Below, piece by piece: positions 1 to 7,489 of a stretch of 64,000 nucleotides of DNA. The stretch comes from a virus (Duplodnaviria; Caudoviricetes). Where the stretch lies: IMG/VR virus record IMGVR_UViG_3300033070_001154, positions 1 through 64,000 of that record, one strand, 5' to 3'. The position numbers and the translations under genes are program-made. Within the stretch, counting starts at the first letter, position 1. Every line of letters begins with the position of its first letter. Under the pieces are notes generated by a model. That model had not been told where the DNA came from. It ran no database searches and worked only from the letters and a program-made list of their open reading frames with translations.

Positions 1-807
1 CCGACAGGTCTCCAGAGGAAGCTGATCGTCGCCCACGGCAAGCACGGTACGGTGAAGCGCACCTACTGGGTGAAGCCACCGGAGCAGGAGACTCTGCGAC
101 TCAGCTCTGGGGAGAAGCAGAGGGTCAAGGACCCTGGGGTACACCCCAAGGATCTGATCCGGGTCAGCTACGGGCTGATCTTCTCCAAGGATGCCAATCG
201 GGGTGTGGACACGGCGATTCACTCCATCGGGAAGGTCCACAGGGTTCCCAAGGACACCCTGCCCGTCCCGATGAAGGTGACGGGATCACTCGGCGGGGCG
301 GGTGGCAAGTATTGGCTTGGAACTCCGGAGATCAACGTCTGTAAGTGGGCAGTTGGTCCGGCTGGGATCGCTACCCATGAGTACGGGCACTTCCTGGATC
401 ACAACGTCTTCGGTACGGGGGAGTGGGGGTTCAAGGGGCTGGCCACAGCCAAGAGATCCAAGGAGATCGCCCCCCTGATGAACGCGATCTACAAGTCCGC
501 AGCTGTGAAGCAGCTGGTGAAGCGGCACCAGGAGCTCACCGACAAGGGCTTCCACCACAAGCGCCAGTGCGCGGAGTACCTGCTGATGCCTCCCGAGCTC
601 TTCGCCAGGAGCTACGCCCAGTGGGTGGGGCTCAGGGCCGGCGGAGCTGTCCGATCCGACACCCGCGCTTTCGGGGATCAGTGGAAGAGACTGGCCAACC
701 TACAGGCGCAGTGGAACGACAAGGACTTCGAGCCCATCGCCCGAGAGTTCGATCGACTCTTCGCCAGGCGAGGGCTACTCAACACCAGGCGGGGGACCAG
801 ATCATGA
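1..807 (+). CDS. Zincin-like metallopeptidase-domain protein (HEYGH; ELFARSY motif as in LPD1/MPTase-type phage proteins), 5'-truncated by window
   Basis: Frame 1 is open from base 1 (PTGLQRKLIVAHGKHGTVKRTYWVK). It has HExxH (THEYGHFLDH) and a downstream PELFARSYAQW. ATGA overlap with the next gene. Confidence 0.6.
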   Translation, partial: PTGLQRKLIVAHGKHGTVKRTYWVKPPEQETLRLSSGEKQRVKDPGVHPKDLIRVSYGLIFSKDANRGVDTAIHSIGKVHRVPKDTLPVPMKVTGSLGGAGGKYWLGTPEINVCKWAVGPAGIATHEYGHFLDHNVFGTGEWGFKGLATAKRSKEIAPLMNAIYKSAAVKQLVKRHQELTDKGFHHKRQCAEYLLMPPELFARSYAQWVGLRAGGAVRSDTRAFGDQWKRLANLQAQWNDKDFEPIAREFDRLFARRGLLNTRRGTRS

Positions 808-1049
808 TCGACGAGATGGAAGAGGTTGAGGAGCGGGATGAGGACTTCGACGAGGACGACGGAATCCTCGGTGGTCAGTCTGGGAAGCATCACGCCCTGA
901 AGAAGGACGAGAGCCACGTTGAGAACGTGCAGACCTTGATCCGCCACATCGTCACGGAGAACAGGTATGGAGACCTGGTTTCAGATGACGAGATCGGGCT
1001 GGACCCCGTGGCTCTGGCCCGTCAGATCCAGGATGGCGGATCCTGGTAG
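804..1049 (+). CDS. Acidic hypothetical protein (81 aa)
   Basis: ATG at 804 overlaps the upstream TGA. MIDEMEEVEERDEDFDEDD... is the C-terminal part of track ORF 423..1049. Confidence 0.65.
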   Translation: MIDEMEEVEERDEDFDEDDGILGGQSGKHHALKKDESHVENVQTLIRHIVTENRYGDLVSDDEIGLDPVALARQIQDGGSW

Positions 1050-1088
1050 GGCTTTGACAGATCGGCTGGCTCAGGAGATTCTCCGCAC

Positions 1089-1505
1089 ATGGCTGTCGAC
1101 ATGAAGGCCTGGTCGCAGGGCCAGTCGCAGGACGAAGATCCTGTCCCGATGGAGGAGCTCCCCGAGGAGCAGGCTGGGAATCTCCAGTCTGGCTCGGGGA
1201 AGATGTCTCCCGAAAAGATGGAGAACCTCGCCACCCTCGTCCGTCCCCACCTCCCCCAGATCGAGGAGGAGGTCCAGGACATGGAGCCTACGATCCTGCT
1301 CTCGGACGATCAGGAACTGCCGGAGGACATGGCGGACAAGATCGTCGAGCTGGTGGACGGCTGGGGTGACGGCCTTCCGGAGATGCTCCAGGGCATCGAC
1401 CCGATGGATGCCATCGCTGTGGCCCAGATGGTTGCGGATGAGATCACCACCGTGGATCCGATCCTGGTGGGAGCCTGGCTGTGGCGAACGGGAGAGCTGA
1501 CCTGA
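1089..1505 (+). CDS. Acidic hypothetical protein, head module
   Basis: 138-aa ORF, AGGAG upstream, strong GC3 bias. Confidence 0.75.
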   Translation: MAVDMKAWSQGQSQDEDPVPMEELPEEQAGNLQSGSGKMSPEKMENLATLVRPHLPQIEEEVQDMEPTILLSDDQELPEDMADKIVELVDGWGDGLPEMLQGIDPMDAIAVAQMVADEITTVDPILVGAWLWRTGELT

Positions 1506-1506
1506 G

Positions 1507-1893
1507 ATGTCTTCACAGCAGGAACTGAAGCTCGAAGGAGCCATCACGATCGCCAACCCGGTAGGCTCGCCCTCGGGACAGCCTACCGTGCTTCTGACCC
1601 TGGAGGAGAAGGTCTACCTCAAGCGGGTACTCTCCACGAACGTCTCCCTCACTACGGATGTCGCGACTCCGGTGAGTCTCGGCGCTCTGGCTGCGGTGAA
1701 CTTCCTCAGCATCAGGGCCGAGGGGGGCTACGTCCGTGTGAGAATCACCAGTTCACAGGGGGCTACGCAGTCCATTCCCGTGGACCCGAGCCTGATTCTC
1801 CAGTCGGACGATCTGGACATCACCGCCATCGACCTGCTCCGCGAGTCCACGGTAGACACTGAGGTCTACATTGTGCTCGGTGAGAAAGCCTGA
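1507..1893 (+). CDS. Hypothetical, probable virion protein (beta-rich)
   Basis: 128-aa ORF abutting the upstream stop, in the head gene block. Confidence 0.7.
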   Translation: MSSQQELKLEGAITIANPVGSPSGQPTVLLTLEEKVYLKRVLSTNVSLTTDVATPVSLGALAAVNFLSIRAEGGYVRVRITSSQGATQSIPVDPSLILQSDDLDITAIDLLRESTVDTEVYIVLGEKA

Positions 1894-1910
1894 TACGAGG
1901 AATCAACATC

Positions 1911-2390
1911 ATGACGACCACGACTGCGGACATCACCCTTCAGCGCATCCTGAACAACAGCAACCCCAACCAGCTGGACCGCGCGTTCAAGAAGATCAAG
2001 CTGGGCAACCTGTTCGCTTCCGTGAAGGTGGCCTTCGTGGGCCTCGCCGGGGCGGCCACGCACGACATCACCTCGCGGGCGAGCCTCAACGGCGCGACCA
2101 TCTCGGGCCTGGACCGCGAGACGAGCGACCTGCTCCCGGCGATCCAGCACGTCAAGACCCTCCGCGTCACCGCTGCGACCACGGCCAACTCGGTCGGCAG
2201 CTACGCCATCACCGATGCGGGCGGCACGGCGCTGACCCCGACTGCGGGTGCGAACGTGGGCCTGGCGCTGCTCTCGGACGACGGCAAGAGCATCACCTTC
2301 CCGAGCGCGGACGTGACGGCCTTCGTGATCGAGTACCTCCCGCGCCCTGACCAGAACATCGTCACGACCATCTGGGCGTCGGGCGTCTGA
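1911..2390 (+). CDS. Putative head decoration / minor capsid protein
   Basis: T/A/G-rich 159 aa with very high GC3, two genes upstream of the major capsid gene, GAGGA RBS. Function inferred from position. Confidence 0.5.
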   Translation: MTTTTADITLQRILNNSNPNQLDRAFKKIKLGNLFASVKVAFVGLAGAATHDITSRASLNGATISGLDRETSDLLPAIQHVKTLRVTAATTANSVGSYAITDAGGTALTPTAGANVGLALLSDDGKSITFPSADVTAFVIEYLPRPDQNIVTTIWASGV

Positions 2391-2422
2391 ACAACTGAAG
2401 AACGAGAGAGGGGCATAGGATC

Positions 2423-3208
2423 ATGGAAGGCGAAGAGAACAACAACGAGACCCAGGAGCTGCTCGACACCGTCATTCCGGACACGGAGACGATCGAGCAG
2501 CCCGAGGTCCAGGTTCCGGCCAAGCCCAAGGAGGGTCGCGAGGCTCTCCAGGGTCTGACGGCCAAGGACCGTGCGGAGGAGCGCAAGCGGGATCGGGAGG
2601 CTGGTCGCAGCTCCGTGCTGGACGCGCTCAACAAGCGGGCACAGTCGATGGGCTTCGAGACCATCGACGAGATGTTCAAGGCGGGCCCCCAGGGCAAGCC
2701 CCCGCAGCGTCCGGTGGACAAGGGAGCGGCGGATGCGGCTCTCCAGTCGGAGAACGCTTCGCTGAAGAAGACGATCCAGGGGCTTCGCAGCCGGATCTCC
2801 ATGCTGGAGAACGACATCGCGCTCCGTCAGATCGCCTACGAGTCGGACGTCAACGGCGACGACATCGACTACGCGCTCTCCACGATGCAGAAGCACTACC
2901 AGAAGCTCCCCTCGGAGGTCGCCAAGAACTTCGACCCCCAGAAGTACCTGGTCGAGGAGCTCAAGGCCAAGAAGCCGGGCGTCTTCCGCCAGGCGATGAT
3001 GGCCAAGGCCGAGGAGAAGCAGGTCGAGGCGGTGGAGGTGAACACCTCTCCGCTCAACGGTCGACCCCCGAAGGGCCCTGGCTCCGGCGAGGTCGAGGCC
3101 AGCAAGGCCTCGGAGACGACTCCGAAGTCCGCGATGCAGATGAACAAGGACGAGTTCCAGGAGCATCTTCGCAAGAAGGGCTACCGCAACCCCGCCTCGA
3201 TGGTGTGA
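2423..3208 (+). CDS. Putative capsid scaffolding protein
   Basis: Charged coiled-coil protein immediately upstream of the MCP. It has a Pro/Gly linker (NTSPLNGRPP) and a short C-terminal helix (MQMNKDEFQEHLRKKG), typical of scaffolds. Confidence 0.65.
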   Translation: MEGEENNNETQELLDTVIPDTETIEQPEVQVPAKPKEGREALQGLTAKDRAEERKRDREAGRSSVLDALNKRAQSMGFETIDEMFKAGPQGKPPQRPVDKGAADAALQSENASLKKTIQGLRSRISMLENDIALRQIAYESDVNGDDIDYALSTMQKHYQKLPSEVAKNFDPQKYLVEELKAKKPGVFRQAMMAKAEEKQVEAVEVNTSPLNGRPPKGPGSGEVEASKASETTPKSAMQMNKDEFQEHLRKKGYRNPASMV

Positions 3209-3278
3209 TCGAGAACACGCAACGATTCCAAGTGGCCTGTAAGTAGTCGGGCCGGACAGCAGCGGAGAAACAAGAGAC

Positions 3279-4673
3279 ATGGTCGACTTTTCCAACATCG
3301 TTCAGACTCCCGAAGTCCGGGCCGTCGTCCAGGAGGGCTACCTGGAGCGGGCGTTTCACGACGCGCTGTTCCCGGCCATGATCTACCGCGGCGACGTGGT
3401 GGCTTCCCCCTGGCCTGCCGGCGTGGGCGACACCTACATCGCGTCGGCTCCCGGCCTGATGGAGCCCACGGGCACCCCGCTCCGTCCGGGTACCGATCCC
3501 GAGCCGATGAGCTACGCCATCGAGCAGTGGGAGGCGCAGCTCAACACCTACGCCGGGACCATCGACACCAACATCCCGACGAGCGTCCAGGCGATCGTGG
3601 ACCTGCTCCTGCGGAACAGCCACCAGCTGGGCCTCCAGGCCGCGCAGACCCTCAACCGCCTCGTCCGCAACCGCTTCTACAACGCGGCGGAGTCGGGCTG
3701 GACCGTCGCCAACGGCGCGGGCATCGCGTCCACCTCCCTGGTCGTGAAGCGCCTCAACGGCTTCACCAAGAGCCGCAACCCGACCCTCGCGGCGGGCAGC
3801 CGGGTCCGCTTCTCGGCGGTGAGCTCGTCCAACCCGCTCGCCATCTCCATCGCGGGCACCACCCGCAACGTGATCGGCTTCACCCCGGCCACGGCGGGCG
3901 ACGAGATCGGTCCCGGTACGCTGCTCCTCGATGCGGCCCACACCTGGGCGGATCGCGACTACGTCCAGGCGGTCGACCGCTCGGAGGTCGTGTTCGTCGG
4001 CGGCGGCAACAAGGTCGACGACCTGGGCGTGACGGACCTGCCCCGGCTCCAGGACATCCGCAACTGCGTGATGCGCCTCCGCCGGAACAACATCCCGTAC
4101 CACCCCGATGGGAGCTACCACGCTCACAACGGCCCGGTGAGCCTCACCGCCCTCATGGCGGACACCGAGATCCAGCGCATGCTGACCGGGCGCCCGGACA
4201 ACTACATGTACACGGACTTCGTCGTGGGCCGGATGCTCGGCGTGGTCTTCGTGGACAACAACGAGGCCCCGACCAAGCTCACCGTCTCGCCCCGCGACGG
4301 CGTGACCTTCAGCTCGGCGGATGCCTTCGCCCCCGAGCTGATGAACAACGGCCTCACCACCGGCATGGAGGTCCACCGCGTCCTCTTCACCGGCTTCGGT
4401 GGGATCTACGAGTACTACCAGGACGCGGCCCAGTTCATCACCGAGGCCGGCATGCTCGGCAAGATGGGCGAGGTCCAGGTCAACAACAACGGCATCGAGG
4501 TCTCCTCGGAGCGCGTGAAGCTGATCATGCGGGCGCCCACCAACCGGCTCCAGGACATGGTCGCCACCAGCTGGCGCTTCGACGGTGACTGGCCCCAGCG
4601 CACCGACGCGGCCACCGGCACCCCGGCCCGCTACAAGCGCCAGGTCGTGCTCTGTCACGGGTTCGATGGGTAG
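3279..4673 (+). CDS. Major capsid protein (HK97 fold, N4-gp56-like) with an internal insertion
   Basis: 464 aa, extreme GC3 bias. Motifs LERAFHDALFP, LGLQAAQTLNRLVRN, YHAHNGP..LMAD and GRMLGVVFV resemble N4-gp56-type capsids. Follows the scaffold gene. Confidence 0.8.
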   Translation: MVDFSNIVQTPEVRAVVQEGYLERAFHDALFPAMIYRGDVVASPWPAGVGDTYIASAPGLMEPTGTPLRPGTDPEPMSYAIEQWEAQLNTYAGTIDTNIPTSVQAIVDLLLRNSHQLGLQAAQTLNRLVRNRFYNAAESGWTVANGAGIASTSLVVKRLNGFTKSRNPTLAAGSRVRFSAVSSSNPLAISIAGTTRNVIGFTPATAGDEIGPGTLLLDAAHTWADRDYVQAVDRSEVVFVGGGNKVDDLGVTDLPRLQDIRNCVMRLRRNNIPYHPDGSYHAHNGPVSLTALMADTEIQRMLTGRPDNYMYTDFVVGRMLGVVFVDNNEAPTKLTVSPRDGVTFSSADAFAPELMNNGLTTGMEVHRVLFTGFGGIYEYYQDAAQFITEAGMLGKMGEVQVNNNGIEVSSERVKLIMRAPTNRLQDMVATSWRFDGDWPQRTDAATGTPARYKRQVVLCHGFDG

Positions 4674-4911
4674 AAATGACGCTTGACGCAGAGCTCTGAA
4701 GGGCATGCGTCGTAGCTGACCGAAGCCTACCCCCCGCCTCTCCTGATCATCCTCTCATCACTGAAGCCCTATCAAGCTCCGCAAGGGGCTGATAGGGTCC
4801 ATTCCAGACGGACTGCTGGGAAAGGTCACCCCCCTCTCGCCCAGTACCGGCGGTCCGTCGCCTACTTCCCAGGCGCTTCCACACCCTGTCCCAAGCTGGT
4901 AGGGTACCCAC
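4674..4911 (+). ncRNA. Structured intergenic region downstream of the MCP (candidate ncRNA / RNA stability or attenuation element)
   Basis: Three stems: GACGCA 4685-4690 / TGCGTC 4706-4711; CCCTATCAAGCTCC-GCAA-GGGGCTGATAGGG 4767-4797 (GNRA loop); GACGGAC-TGCTGGG 4807-4820 / CCCAGTA 4840-4846 and GTCCGTC 4853-4859. Confidence 0.35.
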
Positions 4912-5169
4912 ATGGCGCGCAAGCACAGCCTCCCGACTCCGGTGATCAAGTTGGCTCCTCGCTCCGAGGAAGTCGATCTGACCAGCATCCAGGCCCCTGA
5001 AGTTCCCCAGGTCATTCTGGCGAAGAAGTCCTGGAGGGTGCTCAAGGAGCAGATGGTCATCATCCAGGGCGGAACCACCTACGTGGCGGTCGGGAAGATC
5101 GTCCGTGATCCCCAGATCGCCCAGAAGCTGCTGGATCAGGGCGTGGAGATGGAGCTGGTATCTGAATGA
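4912..5169 (+). CDS. Small hypothetical protein after the MCP
   Basis: 85-aa ORF, ATGA-coupled to the next gene. Confidence 0.65.
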   Translation: MARKHSLPTPVIKLAPRSEEVDLTSIQAPEVPQVILAKKSWRVLKEQMVIIQGGTTYVAVGKIVRDPQIAQKLLDQGVEMELVSE

Positions 5170-5588
5170 GCGCAACGCTCTCCGAGTCGGAGAAGGCGCA
5201 GACCCGCAGGCACCTGGGATTCCCTGGGACCAGCGCGGTCAGTGTCTACGCCATGGGCATGGTGATCCCCATGCAGGGCACCTTCCTGCTGGAGAGCGCC
5301 ATGGACCACCTGACGGAGTTCTCTGCCCAGAGGGTTCGGCAGCTCCTCTCCGTGCTCGATGGGCTGGAGCAGAAGCTCCTGAAGGCCGTCTGCTATCTGA
5401 CCGTGGAGTCCATTGGCCAGATCAAGATGAGGCCGGCGGACCCGGGCAAGACTCCCACGGATCTGATCCAGAAGGAGTACGTCCGCTGGGCCCTCAAGCT
5501 CTCCGACGAGCTCGGAGTCCCGTACTACCCCTACGCCTCCGCCTTCAACGGCGGTGCGAACTCCACCAGCGTGAAGGTGCGGAGATGA
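5166..5588 (+). CDS. Putative head-tail adaptor (neck) protein
   Basis: 140 aa, helical, begins LSESEKAQTRRHLGFP; position after the MCP. Confidence 0.55.
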   Translation: MSATLSESEKAQTRRHLGFPGTSAVSVYAMGMVIPMQGTFLLESAMDHLTEFSAQRVRQLLSVLDGLEQKLLKAVCYLTVESIGQIKMRPADPGKTPTDLIQKEYVRWALKLSDELGVPYYPYASAFNGGANSTSVKVRR

Positions 5589-5731
5589 GCATCCCCAGAG
5601 ATGAAGATGCTCCGACCGAGGAGCAGGATCGCACCATCTCCGACGTTCTGGCCACAATCGCCGGGGTCGTGGCAGGGTCGGTGATCTTCTACGTCCTCTA
5701 CCTCTACTACGTCGTTGGGAGGGGTGGATGA
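5585..5731 (+). CDS. 48-aa single-pass membrane protein
   Basis: MSIPRDEDAPTEEQDRTISDVLATIAGVVAGSVIFYVLYLYYVVGRGG; ATGA overlaps at both ends. Confidence 0.6.
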   Translation: MSIPRDEDAPTEEQDRTISDVLATIAGVVAGSVIFYVLYLYYVVGRGG

Positions 5732-6258
5732 GCGGCAGCAACTACCGACCCCCGGAGTGGGCCAAGACCCTCCTCGGGGAGCTGGCCATGGACGGCTGCC
5801 TTGACGAACTCAGGGAGCTCAACTCCGAGTTCGGGCTCTACCCGTACAGGGTCTTCCTGGTTCGTACTCGCTGGAGCGGTGAGAGCCGGGGAGAAGGTAC
5901 CGAGACCGTCTTCTACGAGGAGGAGCTACTCCCGCCCCCGAAGGTCGATCCGGTGAGCTCGGTCAACCGCCAGCTGCTGGATATCGGTGTAGATGAGCAG
6001 GGAACCCTCCAGGTGAGCGAGATCTCCCCGAGGTACACGGAGAAGGAGCTCCTCGGCTACAACAGCCTCGGAGGGCAGATCCCGGACAACGAGACCTTCT
6101 ACTGGGAGGTGGTCCTGATGCGAGGGGATGCCGAAACCAAGACCCGTCGAAGGTTCCTGGTCCAGGGTGTCCCCAGCTACGATGCCGCAGGGCTACAGTG
6201 GACCGCCAGACTCACCCGAGCTGGGACTGATCGAGAAGGCTCTGGAGTTCCGGGGTGA
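5728..6258 (+). CDS. Putative head closure / neck protein
   Basis: 176 aa, beta-rich, coupled to its neighbours, neck position. Confidence 0.5.
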   Translation: MSGSNYRPPEWAKTLLGELAMDGCLDELRELNSEFGLYPYRVFLVRTRWSGESRGEGTETVFYEEELLPPPKVDPVSSVNRQLLDIGVDEQGTLQVSEISPRYTEKELLGYNSLGGQIPDNETFYWEVVLMRGDAETKTRRRFLVQGVPSYDAAGLQWTARLTRAGTDREGSGVPG

Positions 6259-6821
6259 CTACCAGGGTCAAGGTCCCTCTCAAGAACGCAGGGAGGATCG
6301 AGGCCAAGATCGCCGCCAACCTCAAAGCCGCTGTAGAGCGGGGGATGAAGACGGCGGCCAGGCAGTCCATCCCCGTCCTCTCTGCCCGTACCGCAGACGC
6401 AACCCCAGCATCCGACTCCCCCCACTCCAAGCCCGGGGCCATCGCAACCGGAGCCTATCTCGGTGGCTGGGAAGTAGAATGGGGCGCATCCCCGCTGTTC
6501 GTCTCACTGGTCAACAAGACAGCGTGGGCGAAGTACGTGGACAAGGGCGTCTCGGCCAAGGGCAAGCTGATGGGGGTGAGAGCTGCCAAGAAGCTGGCGG
6601 ACTGGGTCGAGGTCCGTGGGATCCAGTTCAGCGACCGATCCGGACGCCCCCTGAGCTCCAGACAGATGGCATGGGCCATCCTGGTCGCCATGAATCGCAG
6701 GGCGAAGTGGAGACTCAAGCCAAGAAACGTGGGAGTGAAAGCCAAGCCCCGCGTGGCTGAGATCTTCAAAAATCGTATCCGTGAATCTGTACAGAGGCAG
6801 ATGGCCAAGGACGCAAAGTGA
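6255..6821 (+). CDS. Putative tail completion / neck protein (HK97-gp10 / Mu gpG-like)
   Basis: Basic 188 aa with ATGAYLGGW...LVNKTAWAKYVDKG, similar to the TG.L..S....N...YA.YV pattern of this family. Confidence 0.55.
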   Translation: MTTRVKVPLKNAGRIEAKIAANLKAAVERGMKTAARQSIPVLSARTADATPASDSPHSKPGAIATGAYLGGWEVEWGASPLFVSLVNKTAWAKYVDKGVSAKGKLMGVRAAKKLADWVEVRGIQFSDRSGRPLSSRQMAWAILVAMNRRAKWRLKPRNVGVKAKPRVAEIFKNRIRESVQRQMAKDAK

Positions 6822-7450
6822 CAACCCGAGTCATCACAGAGCAGGGAGATCGTCAGATCACCACCGCAGTCCGTCGCTACTCTGCGGCCAAGGCCCCTGT
6901 GGTCGCACTAGCGGACTACATGAAGACCCTGGTCTTCCCCATCTCCGGGGGCAATCACACCAGCTTCGTGAAGGTGCTGACCATGAAGGCGCCCCCGGAG
7001 GAGAAGGCTGCCTATCCCTCCGCGGCAGTCTTCCCCGAGGGCTCCCTGGACTACGGGGAATCTGACGGGTCCATCCAGCCGACCTGCGATCCTACCGACC
7101 ATCTGGAGGATGGCGGGGCCGTCTTCGGCTGCGGGGAGCTCACCCAGTCCGTCAGTATCCACATCTGGACACAGGAAGAGCCCGACAGGGACAACGTCCT
7201 CATGGCTCTGGAGGATGCGTTCAATCCGTCCCCGGATGCTCTGGGTCTGACCCTGGAGATGGAGCACTATCATGGGCTCCGAGCGACATTCGGGATGGAG
7301 CGAGTGACCTACGAGGACTCTCCCGACGACAACCAGTTCAGGTACAGGAAGCTGATTCTATCTGTGAAGGTACACAGCCCTGTGGCCAGGATTCACCGTT
7401 TGCCCAGGATCAAGCCTCGTGCGCAAGTAGAAGTCAGCGGCCAGGTCTGA
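6818..7450 (+). CDS. Putative tail terminator
   Basis: 210 aa directly upstream of the sheath gene. Confidence 0.5.
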   Translation: MTTRVITEQGDRQITTAVRRYSAAKAPVVALADYMKTLVFPISGGNHTSFVKVLTMKAPPEEKAAYPSAAVFPEGSLDYGESDGSIQPTCDPTDHLEDGGAVFGCGELTQSVSIHIWTQEEPDRDNVLMALEDAFNPSPDALGLTLEMEHYHGLRATFGMERVTYEDSPDDNQFRYRKLILSVKVHSPVARIHRLPRIKPRAQVEVSGQV

Positions 7451-7489
7451 TAGGTTCGCTCGAACTCCACAAGGAAGAGGTCCCAACCC

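Noticed and set aside
1052-1082. TTGACA boxes at 1054 and ~22813 (both in CTTTGACAG..ATCG) as sigma70 promoters
   Set aside because: No convincing -10 at 16-18 nt (GATTCT at best); two instances are too few to define a motif.
3054-4706. Long antisense or alternate-frame ORFs in the track (e.g. 3054..4706 -, 8378..9760 -, 37591..40101 +, 47958..50348 +, 51901..54558 +, 55358..56851 +)
   Set aside because: They are shadows of genuine high-GC3 genes. They have no motifs or RBS and show the typical low-complexity R/G/P/A or H/V/L/D composition.
4740-4830. Hammerhead ribozyme or known riboswitch in the post-capsid gap
   Set aside because: CTGAT and GAAA fragments occur, but the CUGANGA core and the required stem arrangement are absent.
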